The position numbers and the translations under genes are program-made. A stretch of DNA of 64,000 bases from Antedon mediterranea (lineage: Eukaryota > Animalia > Echinodermata): positions 28,830,001 through 28,894,000 of the forward strand of contig NC_092674.1 of assembly GCF_964355755.1 (NCBI RefSeq). Direction: 5' to 3'. Below are positions 63,581 to 64,000 of the stretch, piece by piece (the first letter of the stretch is position 1; the number at the start of each line of letters is the position of its first letter). The notes beneath the pieces were generated by a model. It was given only the letters and a program-made list of their open reading frames with translations, searched no databases and had not been told where the DNA came from.

Positions 63581-64000
63581 GAAAAAAAAACACGATAATG
63601 TAAAAAGTCATTCTCATTCTCCCTCAATTTTTAATTTTCTCAATTTTTTATTTAAATGTAATGATAAATAAGCGATATTTTTCTGTCTAAGTCTACACAT
63701 AGTACTCCTACGTGTATATATTTTGAGACGATGTTTAGTTAGGATCGACTAACCAAGGAAAGGACTACATAGGACTACGATTATGTGTTCACTTCTTGAA
63801 CAGCCTGCAAACCTGTTTGATTAATATAAATTTTAAATTGAAATTGTTTATGGCATGCTGATCTATGTTTATATATATATATATATTTTTTTTTTATCTG
63901 TATTTTATTGTTAACCGTTTTTTATGTTGTATTGTTTTATGTTTTAAACCGGTTAGTGCCGGTATTTATCGCTGTTGGTTTTGACTGAATAAAATGAAAT

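Overview
This is AT-rich, intron-containing genomic DNA from an invertebrate animal, probably a deuterostome and plausibly an echinoderm (inferred from Deu-domain SINEs and the KLF sequence). Two multi-exon minus-strand genes can be assembled by hand with consistent GT-AG boundaries and phases; the ORF track shows only fragments of them. (1) A KLF3/8/12-class Kruppel-like factor (7 exons, 51886->15181, about 295 aa) has a CtBP-binding PVDLS motif and three C2H2 fingers. Its first three exons also assemble a complete AN1-type zinc finger (C-x4-C-x9-C-x2-C-x4-C-x2-H-x5-H-x-C), a domain I do not know from any KLF. An alternative first exon (45121-45063) destroys that finger. (2) A TRIM-like RING-HC/coiled-coil protein (10 coding exons, 62956->54613, about 1370 aa) ends in one 3.1-kb exon of nucleoporin-like GLFG and FSFG repeats. 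The introns hold about 15 copies of one palindromic MITE (often very close to exons), non-autonomous piggyBac and Kolobok elements, Deu-SINEs, LINE and Penelope remnants (one with a minimal hammerhead ribozyme), several minisatellites, and many short motifs that resemble transposon excision footprints. All gene models are predictions from sequence only, and all motif counts are hand tallies.
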